A stretch of DNA of 61,622 nucleotides, filler included, from Sphacelaria rigidula (lineage: Eukaryota): NCBI GenBank assembly GCA_964200075.2. It is 4 parts of 4 records of this genome, joined end to end, with 100 filler letters (N's around TTAATTAATTAA, not from the genome) between each part and the next. Parts side by side here need not be neighbours in the genome. Positions count along the whole stretch, not along the records: positions 30,867 to 46,196 come from CAXNAA020001794.1; positions 46,297 to 61,622 come from CAXNAA020001795.1; 2 more parts are not named here. The stretch is one strand, 5' to 3'. A program made the position numbers and the translations under genes. The notes under the pieces are model-generated. The model searched no databases, was not told the DNA's origin, and saw only the letters and a list, made by a program, of their open reading frames with translations. Below, piece by piece: positions 37,520 through 49,500 of this stretch (its first letter is position 1; every line of letters starts with the position of its first letter).

Positions 37520-37790
37520 CGCACACAGGAAGGCTAACACAGGAGTTTTTTGTTTTTGTTTTTGAGCACTCCGCCTTCCTTCTGCGGTGCTTGCCTTTCT
37601 TGTTACGGGGAGAAGGGTTCAGCGGTGCCTCCATCGTCGACCATAAAGTCGAACGTTGTGTACTCACGACATAGTCGCTCTCCACTGTTGAGCATGGTGT
37701 GAGAAAATCCCAGGTCTTCCCGAGATTCGAACCCACGTCCCAACCGTCATAAGGATTCGAGGTTATTATCTGATCCACCGGGGCGACCGG
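37520..37790 (-). mobile_element. tRNA-derived SINE, head plus body
   Basis: Minus strand CCGGTCGCCCCGGTGGATCAGATAA (A-box-like)...GGTTCGAATC (B-box, 37733-37724), followed by the body shared with the other copies. Confidence 0.7.
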
Positions 37791-38957
37791 CTACTGCTGC
37801 GTCTTCCCCAATCGTGTCACGGTGCAGTTTGTTACCGTGACCACCTCTGAGCAGACGGGAGGGCCCGCGGTAGAGCAACGAAAGGTAGCTATGATCCGGT
37901 TTTCCTGCTGTACTGCCGACAGCGTCGCGTGAAAGCCACAAGACCCTTGCTGTCGGCGCTTGATGGCGTGGGTCTCGAATGCAACGACATGCGGTTGATC
38001 GTAGAGTACTCTCGTCCCTCCTCCCATGTTGTGATAATCCATGACCTCCTGACATCGGAATAATTATTACTCGTGGGAGGTTACTCGTACTGTACCGAGC
38101 TGTCCACGCGACCAGCGCGTGCTGCAGATTGCCTATGCACCACGCTAGCAACAGTTAGGTCACCAACATAGGTATCGGTTTTCTCTCCGCATGTCAAAAA
38201 GGTCTCTACAAGTAAGTGTTTGATCTCTCATACACCCCCCTCAACTGGCGTGTGGCAGGCCCTTCTGCTCGGGCGCCCCGCTGGGGGAGGTCGGCGAAAA
38301 TCAACGGCGAATAACACCCCCTAAGTTTAAGTTGGATATACCTGTTATTGCCGCAGCACCGCCCTTGCTGACATGTGTGGGACAGAGAACAGTAGTAACA
38401 GTGACGGGAACATTGCCCCCATTTTTCAACATGTTTTTCAGCGCACAGAGGCGCGTCGTGTCCGAAAGAACAGGCAGAGGGGATTTGATCTTCGCATTCG
38501 TGAGCTCGACAGGCAAGAAGAGACGATGGAATCTCTCCGCACGTCGATGTTCTGGCACATGAAAAATTTGGCACATGCTGGTATAATAACATCAATGATG
38601 CCAGTTTCTCAAGCGATTGGTAATCGCCGAGTGAGGACACACAAAGGACACGGGCGAGGAGTTTCTGCCGTGGTATTCGTTAGCAGAGCAAGCCACAACC
38701 CAAGATAGGTGAGTATTTGACCAGCTGATCCTGATTTCGGCTCGAAATATCAAACTGAGGTTTCTTTCTTCTAAAGTACAAGCCAGCTGCATTGAGCTGC
38801 AAACCAGATCCCAAACTCTTGCGTGCAATTGATAGACAAATATGAGCAAAGGGTTATGTTACACGTGACTCACTCTCGTTAGCTTGCCACGGCTTGCAGG
38901 CCTGAGAATAAGAAGTCGCGTAGAGCAGATGAAAGCTGAAGTTCTTGTGATAAGTCT

Positions 38958-39250
38958 CACGGGTGGCCACTGGGGGCTGTAACCTGGCCATTTTGGGACC
39001 TTATCCACATTTGGTAAGGTCCGCGGATTAGGTGGACAACTGAAGAGCATTCGCACAGCATGGACAGGTTCGAAACAAAGCATGTTCCAGTCTACAGGGG
39101 AGTCACCCGCCTATAGACTGGGACATGTTTTGTTCCAATCCTGTCCATGCCTTGCGAATGCTCTTCAGTTGTCTACCCAATCCGTGCACCTTACCAAATG
39201 TGGATAAGGTCCCAGAATGGCCAGGTTACAGACCCCAGGGGCCACCCGTG
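38958..39250. mobile_element. Fold-back MITE, ~293 bp
   Basis: Almost entirely palindromic; termini CACGGGTGGCC...GGCCACCCGTG shared with the 10217-10342 family. Confidence 0.9.
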
Positions 39251-39747
39251 CTACGCTAAGCCTCTCGTTTGACCGGTGGTTGCAAGTGGCGGGAGGTGGG
39301 GGGCAGCAGCTATGGTCCGCTATTCCGTCCTCCTGCCTCGCTTACAATTTGCCATAATACCAACTCATGACGGCGCGTGCCTTGGCCGGGCGCGTGCCCC
39401 ATCCAGTCAATCCGATACAAGCAATCCCACTACAACATCAGCCTGACGTACCATGCTGTGGCCAATCAAAGCGCCCGTGGAAACGTGCCTAGTTGCACGG
39501 CCGAGAATGCACAGACCAGTCCAGAGATTCCTCAAGACTGGTCCAAAAGCACACCACATACATATTTACTTTACAAACACACGTTCGACTAGAATCTTTT
39601 CACACCCGCCGGTCGTTTCTGGGGATCATCTGCAACTCCCAAAGAACTAGTTTAATGCAGGCACTGTCATTTACCATCACATTAGCCCACCCTGGATCGT
39701 TCAAGTGCAGTCTCTTTTCAGAAGGGGCGAGCTTGCATCGAGCTACA

Positions 39748-42700
39748 CCTCTCCCACACCACAGAAAACTGATACTCATTTTGAAGATGGAGTCTTTGTT
39801 GGTATGGGGGACGGGAAGGGGCGATCAACACAAAAAAATCAATGATATATAATCACATGCGCAAAGAAGATAAAACAAAACCGAACCGATACAATAATTC
39901 AGTGTCCTCATGTTCCGTGAGCTTTTCAGACGGAGTCATGGGAAATTCGAAAAATAAAAATAATCCAAAATCAACAATCTAAACTATATACCACAAGATG
40001 CAGTCTTCAGAATGCCGTGAGCATTTCCGGGAGAGCCACAGGAAATCGGAGACCTATCATTGAAACGATCATCCTACTCTGCCATAACTACATCATGAGT
40101 AAGTAGTTCACTCTTTTCCGGATGTCCGATGTGTTTTAAGCCATTGGTAGAAGAACAAGCAAGCCCGCCAAGGCATTATATCACTCCGATAACCAAGTTT
40201 ATGCTAATCACTCGTCCCAGTCAACCAGCAAAAGCCAGCAACGTATAGCCGATTTTGTCGCGGAAATGGTAGTTTCCCGCGAAAACCATAAGTTGATAAA
40301 AGAAAAAAATAGAAAGGTACGAACAAATCAACTCGTAGACGGGAGTTAATCGTCGGTATATGTTTGTTAGAGCAACGACGTGCTTGAGACGTCTGGGTGA
40401 TGATTCAGTCGTACAGCATTTCTTTTTTTTCTCACACGACGATACGAAAACAACCGACCTGTTTGTGAGGTCAGGTGTCCGTACACGTCAAAAGAAACGT
40501 AGTGAACGATACACAACCTTCGATCCTACTACGTAGTTCCGAGGCGGATCGCTGAGCACATTTCTGGACCACGACAAATACACAGGACAGAGAAGACCAA
40601 CGCAGCCCACTCCTCACAGTTTTGGCCGTTCGGACTAAAACGAGACTGGCCCAAACATAAACTGGAGTAAAAATCACAGCCGGTCGTACCGTCACGTGAC
40701 TTCGTCCAATAATCCCTGATAAAAACAAAACACCACCGACCGATTTCAGGGGCGGGTATTTGTAAGCAAAAAAAACTAGTAAAAGTGACAGAAAAAATAG
40801 TGAGTGGCAGACTCTGAGCCTGTAGGCTGTACCAACGGTCCAAGATCGAAATTGCGGAACGGACGGTTCCGGAAGAGCAATCTACCTTATCATGATACGA
40901 AATGGTCCTGTATGAGGAGACGTTTGCAACCGATTATACCACGACTTCATGACAAAGGTAACACCGCTATGTACGACGTGGCCAGTGGTGACCTCGTTGT
41001 AACTTACCAATCACCGAGTATAAATCATCGCGTCGCATCACCCGTGACCCTCCTATAAACGAGGTTGGTCACACGCGGCAGGATTCGCAGAAAAAAATAG
41101 GTCAAGTGTTCTAGACTCGGGGGTCAGGAACGTTGGAGCACTCATGGCAAATTCCCGACATAGACGCAGAAACCAAGACCAAATTCAATACAAAACCAGG
41201 GGCACGCTGGGCAACAGCGAAAACGAAATATCCGCAACATAAAATAGAGAAACAGCACGTGTTAACCGTCCTTGGAAACGGGAGCGGTTATCGTGTGTAT
41301 GAAGCAAGCAGGGTCAACAGTTTCAGCCAAGAAGGCAAAACATTTCACTCAAACCCGTGTTAATATAAAACTCAACGTGGTACGCACACAAAAGAGGGGA
41401 CACATCATTACCGATCCTGAAGGAGGAGGCGGTATGTGTGTACGGAGAGGTTGGGCAAGAGCGCAATTATTCCAGACGGGGAGGCCAGGTATATCTAGCG
41501 CTCGCTCCTAAAACTCTCGACCGAAAAGACAAATAAATAAATAAACATATTACACGAAAGACAAATGATGCGTACAACGAGAAAAAAAGATGAAGAAATA
41601 AATAACTTGGGGCGACTGTTACAGTAGGCGGAATGGTTGTGAATGTACGGCGCGGAGGACGGAGGTTCAAGGTTCTAGCCTCGGGGTCAGGAATGGAACG
41701 GTCGTCACTTGTACTTTGCCAGATGAACCCAGAATAAACCAAGAAAAGTACCTATTGAACACAAAAAACCGAACACAAAGCACGAGGCGAAAAAAGAAGA
41801 AAAGAAGAGAAGAAGAAAAACAAAGACAAAAACAAATCAAAACAATTGACGCAAAGGCAAAGAAAACTGAAACACAAAATCAGGTCCAGAGCAACAAAAA
41901 CAAAACACCAAAGATCAAATACAAAACACAACATCAAACACTTCAAGTACTGGGCTAATCAGTACGAAAAAAAGAAATGAAGGGGGGAGGATAGGGGGAA
42001 CACATGGTTTTCCAACGACACTACGTGCAGGACAAGCGACTCGAACGCGGTACACTACGCAAGGTAACTGGGGAAGCAGACTCGGATGCATCATGAGTCA
42101 TCTGCATCCCAAGCGGTGTCCGTGTTCCGTAGAACGGCTGTTTCGAGTTCGCTCTGGTCGTGTCGTTGGAGGCACCAGGATTCCCTCCGAGCGGTCGGCT
42201 CCTCGGTGTAGTAAGCATCATCTAAGCGAATCTTAAGGGGGCTCGGGTAATCAAGGAAATGGATAAAGTAGGAGTGATCAGACGCAGGATCGACCAAGTG
42301 AATTTTACCCAGCCACCACAGTGAATCCAAGGCCTTATACCAAAAATATGCCCCTTTCGGCAACCGTTTTCCGTGAAAACACTGCATGTATTGTGAACGC
42401 GAAAGAAGGCTATAGCCTGTCACAACAAACCGCGCTGAGTGTTCACGTGCCAGTTCCCGAGCGGCAGCTGCCTTGCGCATCGACCGATATCTCTTATTCA
42501 ACAGGCGGTGTTGGACGGTGTCTCCTACCCAGTACAGCAATATTTCCCGACGAAGATGACGCAAATCAACTTCACGCTCCCATGTAACACGCATGATACC
42601 CTTTCAATGTGTTTGATACATTACCGCAATCTTACCTCCACGACCACGAACCAGTTGATGTCCCGAAATCCTATCTACCTCGACGCGTTCCAGGGGTGCG

Positions 42701-45700
42701 TCCGCATCCTCGACCGTCATATGATACGGCGGAGTTTTGATCGCATACTTGGTCAACACATACTGGCTAAGCCCTACCGGCAGTTGTTTGGGCATGTCGG
42801 AGGAGTCGTGAGGGGGGATACACGGTTTGCATCGTACCATCGAGACACGATATTTCGGTTTCAAACCAGATTCATCCGTGGGAAAATCTAAATATAAAAC
42901 TTTCGCTCCCACCGGACTCTTGTCGGGTGCGGTAGCGCTTGGACCATCAGCTAAAATTTTCCAAGGACCAGTCCAATTCAAGGATAGTTTCACCTTCAAC
43001 ACTTCATTCAAATATGATGATTTCGAGCTAGCCCCTTGATTTATGGTCTTCAGATTGCTATACACCCATGCCCATTGGCCTACCTTCCACACCGGGCGGT
43101 TATGTACCACATCATCCAACATCGAGTTCGCCCTGGCCACCTTGGCCAAATTGATTCGGTTCTGTTCTCGTACCACTTCATATGCAAGACGAAGACGATG
43201 GCTAACCGACAAATGATACTCTGCAACATCACGATCTAGACTCTGATGTTCACCGGTATTTTTGCGTTCGAATACCGTTAAAGGTAACCTAGGCATGCGT
43301 CCAATGTGAATTTCATTCGGAGACAATCCCGTAGCGGCATTGACTGAATTGTTGTATTTCATTTGGACAAGGGGCACGTGCAGATCCAAGTCCATCTGTC
43401 TCTCATTTGCCACAGCAGCAAGCATCTATGCCATCGTATGGTTCACTCGTTCCGTTCCACCATTGGTGGAAGGGTGATATGAACTAGTAAAAATGCGATG
43501 GGCACCCAAAAGGTCACTGACGGCGGCTGAAAGTTTACCTAAAAAATGCAGGCCGTTGTCAGACAGTAGGCGTTTGGGCACACCCCACAGTGGGATGTAC
43601 ATGTAGACAAGAATGTTGGCGGTACCTTCCGCGGTATATCTACTGGGGGGGGCGGCGTGCATCACCGCATGTCGACTAAATGTATCCGTAAACAAAGTAT
43701 ACTTATTTTCACTATCCGTCAGGGGCAAAGGACCAAAATAGTCCCACGAAACTACTTCACCAGGCCCGTTTGGTAGTGGCATGGAAACAATCGGCCAACG
43801 AACTGTTTGACGAGAAGTGTTTCGCGCCTGACACAATAGACAACGCCGAACCCACCAACGACAACACTGATCCATACAAATCCACCGATAAAAACGTTCC
43901 AACATCTGGGAGGTCCTAATGGTGCCTAAATGAGTCGATGCCTGTGAATGGCATTCGTGTAGAACCCATGGGCGCAGGNNNNNNNNNNNNNNNNNNNNNN
44001 NNNNNNNNNNNNNNNNNNNNNNNNNNNNNNNNNNNNNNNNNNNNNNNNNNNNNNNNNNNNNNNNNNNNNNNNNNNNNNNNNNNNNNNNNNNNNNNNNNNN
44101 NNNNNNNNNNNNNNNNNNNNNNNNNNNNNNNNNNNNNNNNNNNNNNNNNNNNNNNNNNNNNNNNNNNNNNNNNNNNNNNNNNNNNNNNNNNNNNNNNNNN
44201 NNNNNNNNNNNNNNNNNNNNNNNNNNNNNNNNNNNNNNNNNNNNNNNNNNNNNNNNNNNNNNNNNNNNNNNNNNNNNNNNNNNNNNNNNNNNNNNNNNNN
44301 NNNNGGAATTCGGTTTCTGAGAATGGACATGGGCAACCTTTACATAGATAATGGATAGCTGATTTACCAGCAGGTTCTGCCTGTTGTTCCCGGGCCCAAT
44401 CGGCGTAGGAGAAGAGAGTCAAACGTTCCTTGAATACGCCATCTGTTGAAGCGTCTACTGCGTGTGGGGTCGGTTCGGGGCGGGGTTGGCACGAAGCGGT
44501 GATTTCGGAATCAAGGGTGAGCGTACCAGTTGGTGTACTCTCAGACGGAGCGTTAACGTCTACTCCTGCGTCGATTAGCGTGGAGGGTGTTGAGGTGGCG
44601 TTTGCAATATCATCAAAAAGAGAGGGGAGCACAGCCGTGGTTTCGACTATGGTTGGCAGGGGCAGCACGGTCGGGGTCGATTTTCGGGCAGCCTTGCGTC
44701 GCGGAGGCTGCGGGGGCGCAAGGAAACTATCGGGAACCGGGGTGGGGGCAGAGAGGGGGAGGTCAGGACCAGATATGGTTAATTTGGTGGCCGTTTCGGC
44801 GGTTCGCCGTCCACGAGCCCCACTCGAAATCAAATCTCGAACTTGAACTGGTAAGACGGAGTCAGCAAAGGACGGTTCTACACCTGCTGCGAAAACCATG
44901 CGCTGGGCAGTTGCACGAAAATGATCATAGCCAGCAGTATGCGTAGACAGTCCATTCCAAACTGAGTACAACGATTGAGGTTGCAAGCTGCCTAGGACTC
45001 ATGCGTGGGCTGTGGTCGTCAGCCCGCCCGTGCCTAAAGCCGGCGTTTCTCTCAGTGAAAGTGGTGTGCAGAGGCCTCTATGTTCATTCCTGCTTATGAA
45101 ATGTACAATGTCTTCGGTGGGATCGGTGATACGTCCCATGAGGGATTCATCGATAGGTTGAGCTGGTGTGGGCGAGCGTGACAGAAAGTCGGCGTTTGCC
45201 TTCTGGGGACCTGTGCGGTACTTCAGTTGAAAGTTGTAGACGACAGGGTTTCGAACCAGCGTTGGACCCTAGCGTTGTGTTCCGCCATTTTGGCAAGGCT
45301 TTCCAAAGACTTATGATCGGTATGAACCACAAACGGGGTGTCATACAAATACTGACGCAGACGACGCACGCCCCAAACAACTGCGCCGGCCTCTTGTTCC
45401 ATGACAGACCAATTCTGTTCATTCGGAAAAGTGGTGCGACTCAGATAGACAATGGGACGAACAGTAGCATCGACTTGCTCCTGTTCTAATGTGTAGCCAA
45501 ACCCAATTTTGGAAGAATCTGTGTGGAGCCGGAAAGGGCGGGAACCCTGCTCCGCGGCCGACCACTCGGGGAAGACGGTAATCGGCAGGCGCGAAAGGGT
45601 GTCAAGAAGACGGCGGACGGTTCTTTCCATTTCCAATGTAAACACAAATTTCACCCCTTTTTTGAGGAGGGTGGTGAGGAGGTTTAGCGTTTGGGCAAGG

Positions 45701-46196
45701 TTTGGCAAGTACTGTCTGTAGTAGCTTACACCTCCCGACAAGGAACGCAGTTGAGAAATGTCCCGTGGCATGGGCATATCGGAGAGTGCGGCGACCTTGT
45801 CGAGTTTTGGGCTACGACCTTCGGGGTGGATGCAATGACCCAAGAACTCAATCTTCGTGGCGCCAATGCGGGATTTGGAGGGGGCGAGTTTCAAGTTGTG
45901 TTGTTCAAACCGATTAAAGAATGATGCAAACTGTTCGACGTGTTCAGCCGATGTGGGTTCGTTGCACACCGCATCATCAAGGTACATATGGCATTTGGGC
46001 AATCCATCAGTTACACGGAACATTACACGTTGAAACGCACCTGGAGCTCCGGCGGCACCTTGTGGTGTAACCAGTCACTCGTGCAAACCTGATGGCGTGC
46101 AAAACGCTGTCAGTTCAATGGAATTTGGATCCATCACGAGCTGGTGGTCGCCGGACTGCATGTCAAAGTTCGAAAATACTTTACCCCCGCCAAGAG
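39748..46196 (-). mobile_element. Ty3/gypsy element, family 1 copy B (RT-RH-IN-chromo; 5' end cut by contig end)
   Basis: RT MYLDDA and IEFLGH; RNaseH HTDSS, EAGAV, TDHK; IN WDYFGP, SDNG, GGTER; WTGPW; chromodomain-like and PWWP/Tudor-like C-terminus ending 42091; several in-frame stops; sized gap 43979-44304; candidate PPT at 39748-39760. Confidence 0.9.
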
Positions 46197-46296
46197 NNNN
46201 NNNNNNNNNNNNNNNNNNNNNNNNNNNNNNNNNNNNNNNNTTAATTAATTAANNNNNNNNNNNNNNNNNNNNNNNNNNNNNNNNNNNNNNNNNNNN
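46197..46296. other. Artificial scaffold spacer
   Basis: N44-TTAATTAATTAA-N44. Confidence 0.97.
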
Positions 46297-46371
46297 GGGT
46301 CTTCCGTGCGAGAGAGAAATGCCACTTCAGCCCCATATTTTGTATGAACCCCGAAATTTGAAATCGGCTGT

Positions 46372-46552
46372 TGATTGTAGTTATTTATATATATATGCTC
46401 TCGGCACATCGATGAACTACACGAAACAACGGGCAATGCGCAGAGACCCCCACCATGGATGTAGGGTCCGAACCGCGGTAATACACGGGTTACTGACCCG
46501 CACGACTCTGGACTACAGCCACACTTGATCACCCCGTACCCCCCAACGTACA
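46372..46552 (+). repeat. Putative 5' LTR of gypsy family 2
   Basis: Homology with 57215 starts exactly at TGATTG; ends GTACA followed by TGACTCCCCG (PBS-like, 9/10 match to the complement of a tRNA-Asp-type 3' end); alternative end GATCA at 46531. Confidence 0.6.
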
Positions 46553-49500
46553 TGACTCCCCGCGCGCAAATTCTCCGCGCACATTATGGCCCGACCCGTT
46601 GATACATGGACAACTGGCGAGACTAATCGGAACTCATGAAGTTTTCTTGATGCGAGACATGAACCCAGTCCTTATTTTCTTTACTTTTACGCATGATCGG
46701 TAACAAAACATGTTCCCCAGTCTTTGTTCACCCCTGAACAGACAGGTGACCGCCTCTGATGAAGAAACACGATGCTCGCTCACTTCATCAACAACAACCC
46801 TGAAATGCCAATCAATATTATCACCTAACATGACAACATTATGTATCAACAACCCAGTCAACTGACTATAGATACCGACAGACCCCCCCCCCAAAACAAA
46901 ATGGGGAAAGGCTCATGTCCCGCACAAAATAAATCGTCATGCAGGATCGTTTAACCGCAAGCGACCATCAACCAGCGTTTCATTTTTTTTTCTTTTCTCT
47001 TCATTTTCTTTTACACATTTGTTCTTCAACCCCACACTTTTTCTTTCTTTTTGTCTTTCCTCTTTTTTCCCCCCGCATTTTGTTGTACGTCGATTCACGC
47101 CCAACATAAACTCAAGGTATACTTCACCTGCTGGGTAAGCACCGACTGGGATCCAAGTGTACGAATATTAGTTTGTATTGTTTTCTTCTTTCAGGCGAAG
47201 TTTTAAGTTCATTTGATTTTAGCAGCTCACTAAAATAGCGAGTAACTACCACTTGGTTTATTATCGGTCCGTACCTATTCTTGTTTTTTTTACCAGCGTC
47301 TCCTACGCCGTTCGGTACACCCTCGACATAGATTCAGGAAACAACCCCACAGAGCATGAGTAGCATACACACTCATGCACTGAAAAACCATACTATACGC
47401 ACATCCTCACGCTATTCCCCACAGGTAAGCATGAACATGTACGCGCATGCCACTGCGATCGGACAAGTGGGGGGAGCCTACCAGCACGCACCCCCCCAGG
47501 CTCAACCGGTCCAAATACCGGCCCCGGCAGCCCAACCACCTCCCCCGCCTGCCGGTGGTGGTTGGTATATCGCCCCCGTAGGACAACATGGTGCCCCTGC
47601 TCCTTACCCCCCTCCCCAGCAACAACCAGCACAGGGAGTAACCCATCCACAACAAGGAAATGTAGTGCCGCTCCCACCCCCACCACGCCCTTTCCCACAA
47701 GCTGCTAACCAGCACCCCCAGGGGTACGCGCAACCACCAACCGTACCAGTAACCATAGCCAACCAGGAAGGCGGGTCGTCGGCACAACAACAGACTGTCC
47801 AGCCGGGCGCCAACGCCGCCTCACAGGGGAGCCCAGGTATGACATACAACCATACTATCTCCAGACGCACGCAGTAAAGCCATCCGCCGCATACACAAAA
47901 GGAAATGCTTCACAGCCGGTTTTTGTCGGACTAGATGGGGGCGAAGTAGAAACATCACACACTACATGCGCAGTTATATTCGCTGACAAGCTAGCTAAGA
48001 CTCTCAGAAACATGGACCAAGGGATATGGGCCCTCCTTAATGACACCAACACTTAAACAAGAGTTTATCGTCCACTTCCGGACGGGATATCTTCTTCCCA
48101 TAAAGAGCTACTTAGCGAACTACTGGCTGATTATCTAGGCACTCACGATGAACTACAAAGCGGTAGAGCTGTGGAAGTCCCCACTATCCATGGGTCATTC
48201 ATAACGCTACAACCCGACGAAGTCTCAGTAACAGAATGGCTCCGTAAACTAGTACGGGAATCCGCCCTCCAACCTGGAGCAACGGAGGTCGCGCGACTCG
48301 CCTTAGATAAGATAACGATCAAACAAGGGGAAGCTTGGTCGGCCGCCGCACGCCGCCTAGTGTTGCTCTACAGAGCCTTCACTGTAGACTCTGAAATGCC
48401 TCATGCATCCGAAGAGATATATTTTTGGAGATATATTTCCGAGACCCACCTCAATGATCTAATTGAACGAGCTCTCAGACTCCTCATCCCCTCTGCCCTG
48501 GACCAGTCTAGCCTGCAATCGATCATGCACCACCAGGTGATGAGAGTGTCACTAGAACTACGACCCTTGCGGGTAGAAGCACAAAATCAATTGGGAGCGA
48601 GAATGACGAACAGAGGGAATATAGCTGAGAGAATTTTCTTCGACTTTGTGAAGCTGTTGGGAGACAAAAGCACTGCGTACCTAGACTCAACACCCACCAC
48701 CAAGCCTACCTCACGCAATACGTCCCGCGCAGCGTCCATCGCTGAACTCCGCACCCTCATGGGACAGTCAAAAGAAGATCTGGAAAAGGCAATCCTTGCC
48801 AGACACAACGCGATAGCAGCATGCAACATGGCAGCGTGAACATACGACCAAACCCGACCATCTGCTCTAATTCCCAACAAAGTATATGGCAATCGCCAAG
48901 CCTATCGTGTCATCACTGCGCACCTACATGCCAGACAGCAAATCCTACCTTGAGTTGTCACAACACATTAGCAGCCTTTTCCAGCCAACCCGCCTCAATA
49001 CCGGGTCAGCACGGTGTACCGTTCTCTGGGAAACCCCAACAATTCAATAACAACTCGCACGCAAGTACATACCAGGGAGGTTGCCCACCAACTACAACCC
49101 AGGGCCGGGTGGGCACTGCTACGATCAGCAACCCCCCTTCACCAGAGTCTCCACGTACGGAGATAATCGATATCTTGCGCAACGCACGAATTTGCTTTCG
49201 ACATGCTTTTGGGGCAGAGTGCAGACGCCCACGGTGCCCCTACATACACGAGGTAAATATCTTACCGAGGGGCTTTTACTCTCAGACATACCGATCACAA
49301 CCAGGAGGCGCGAAACGCACACACCAAGCTGACGAATCAGAACAACCCAACAAAAACGCCGCACCCTGGTAACCCCTGAGCAACTTGGAATGATTTCCGC
49401 TATTACCGGACTCGAATTTGAGAGCGAACACGAAGACGGAGCAGAGCACACCACCTGAAGGTGCGCCCCGGGTAGTACTTCACTCCCGGGGAACCTCGAC

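Noticed and set aside
37715-37790. Functional tRNA gene
   Set aside because: Degenerate A-box, no convincing cloverleaf, and fused to a dispersed repeat body
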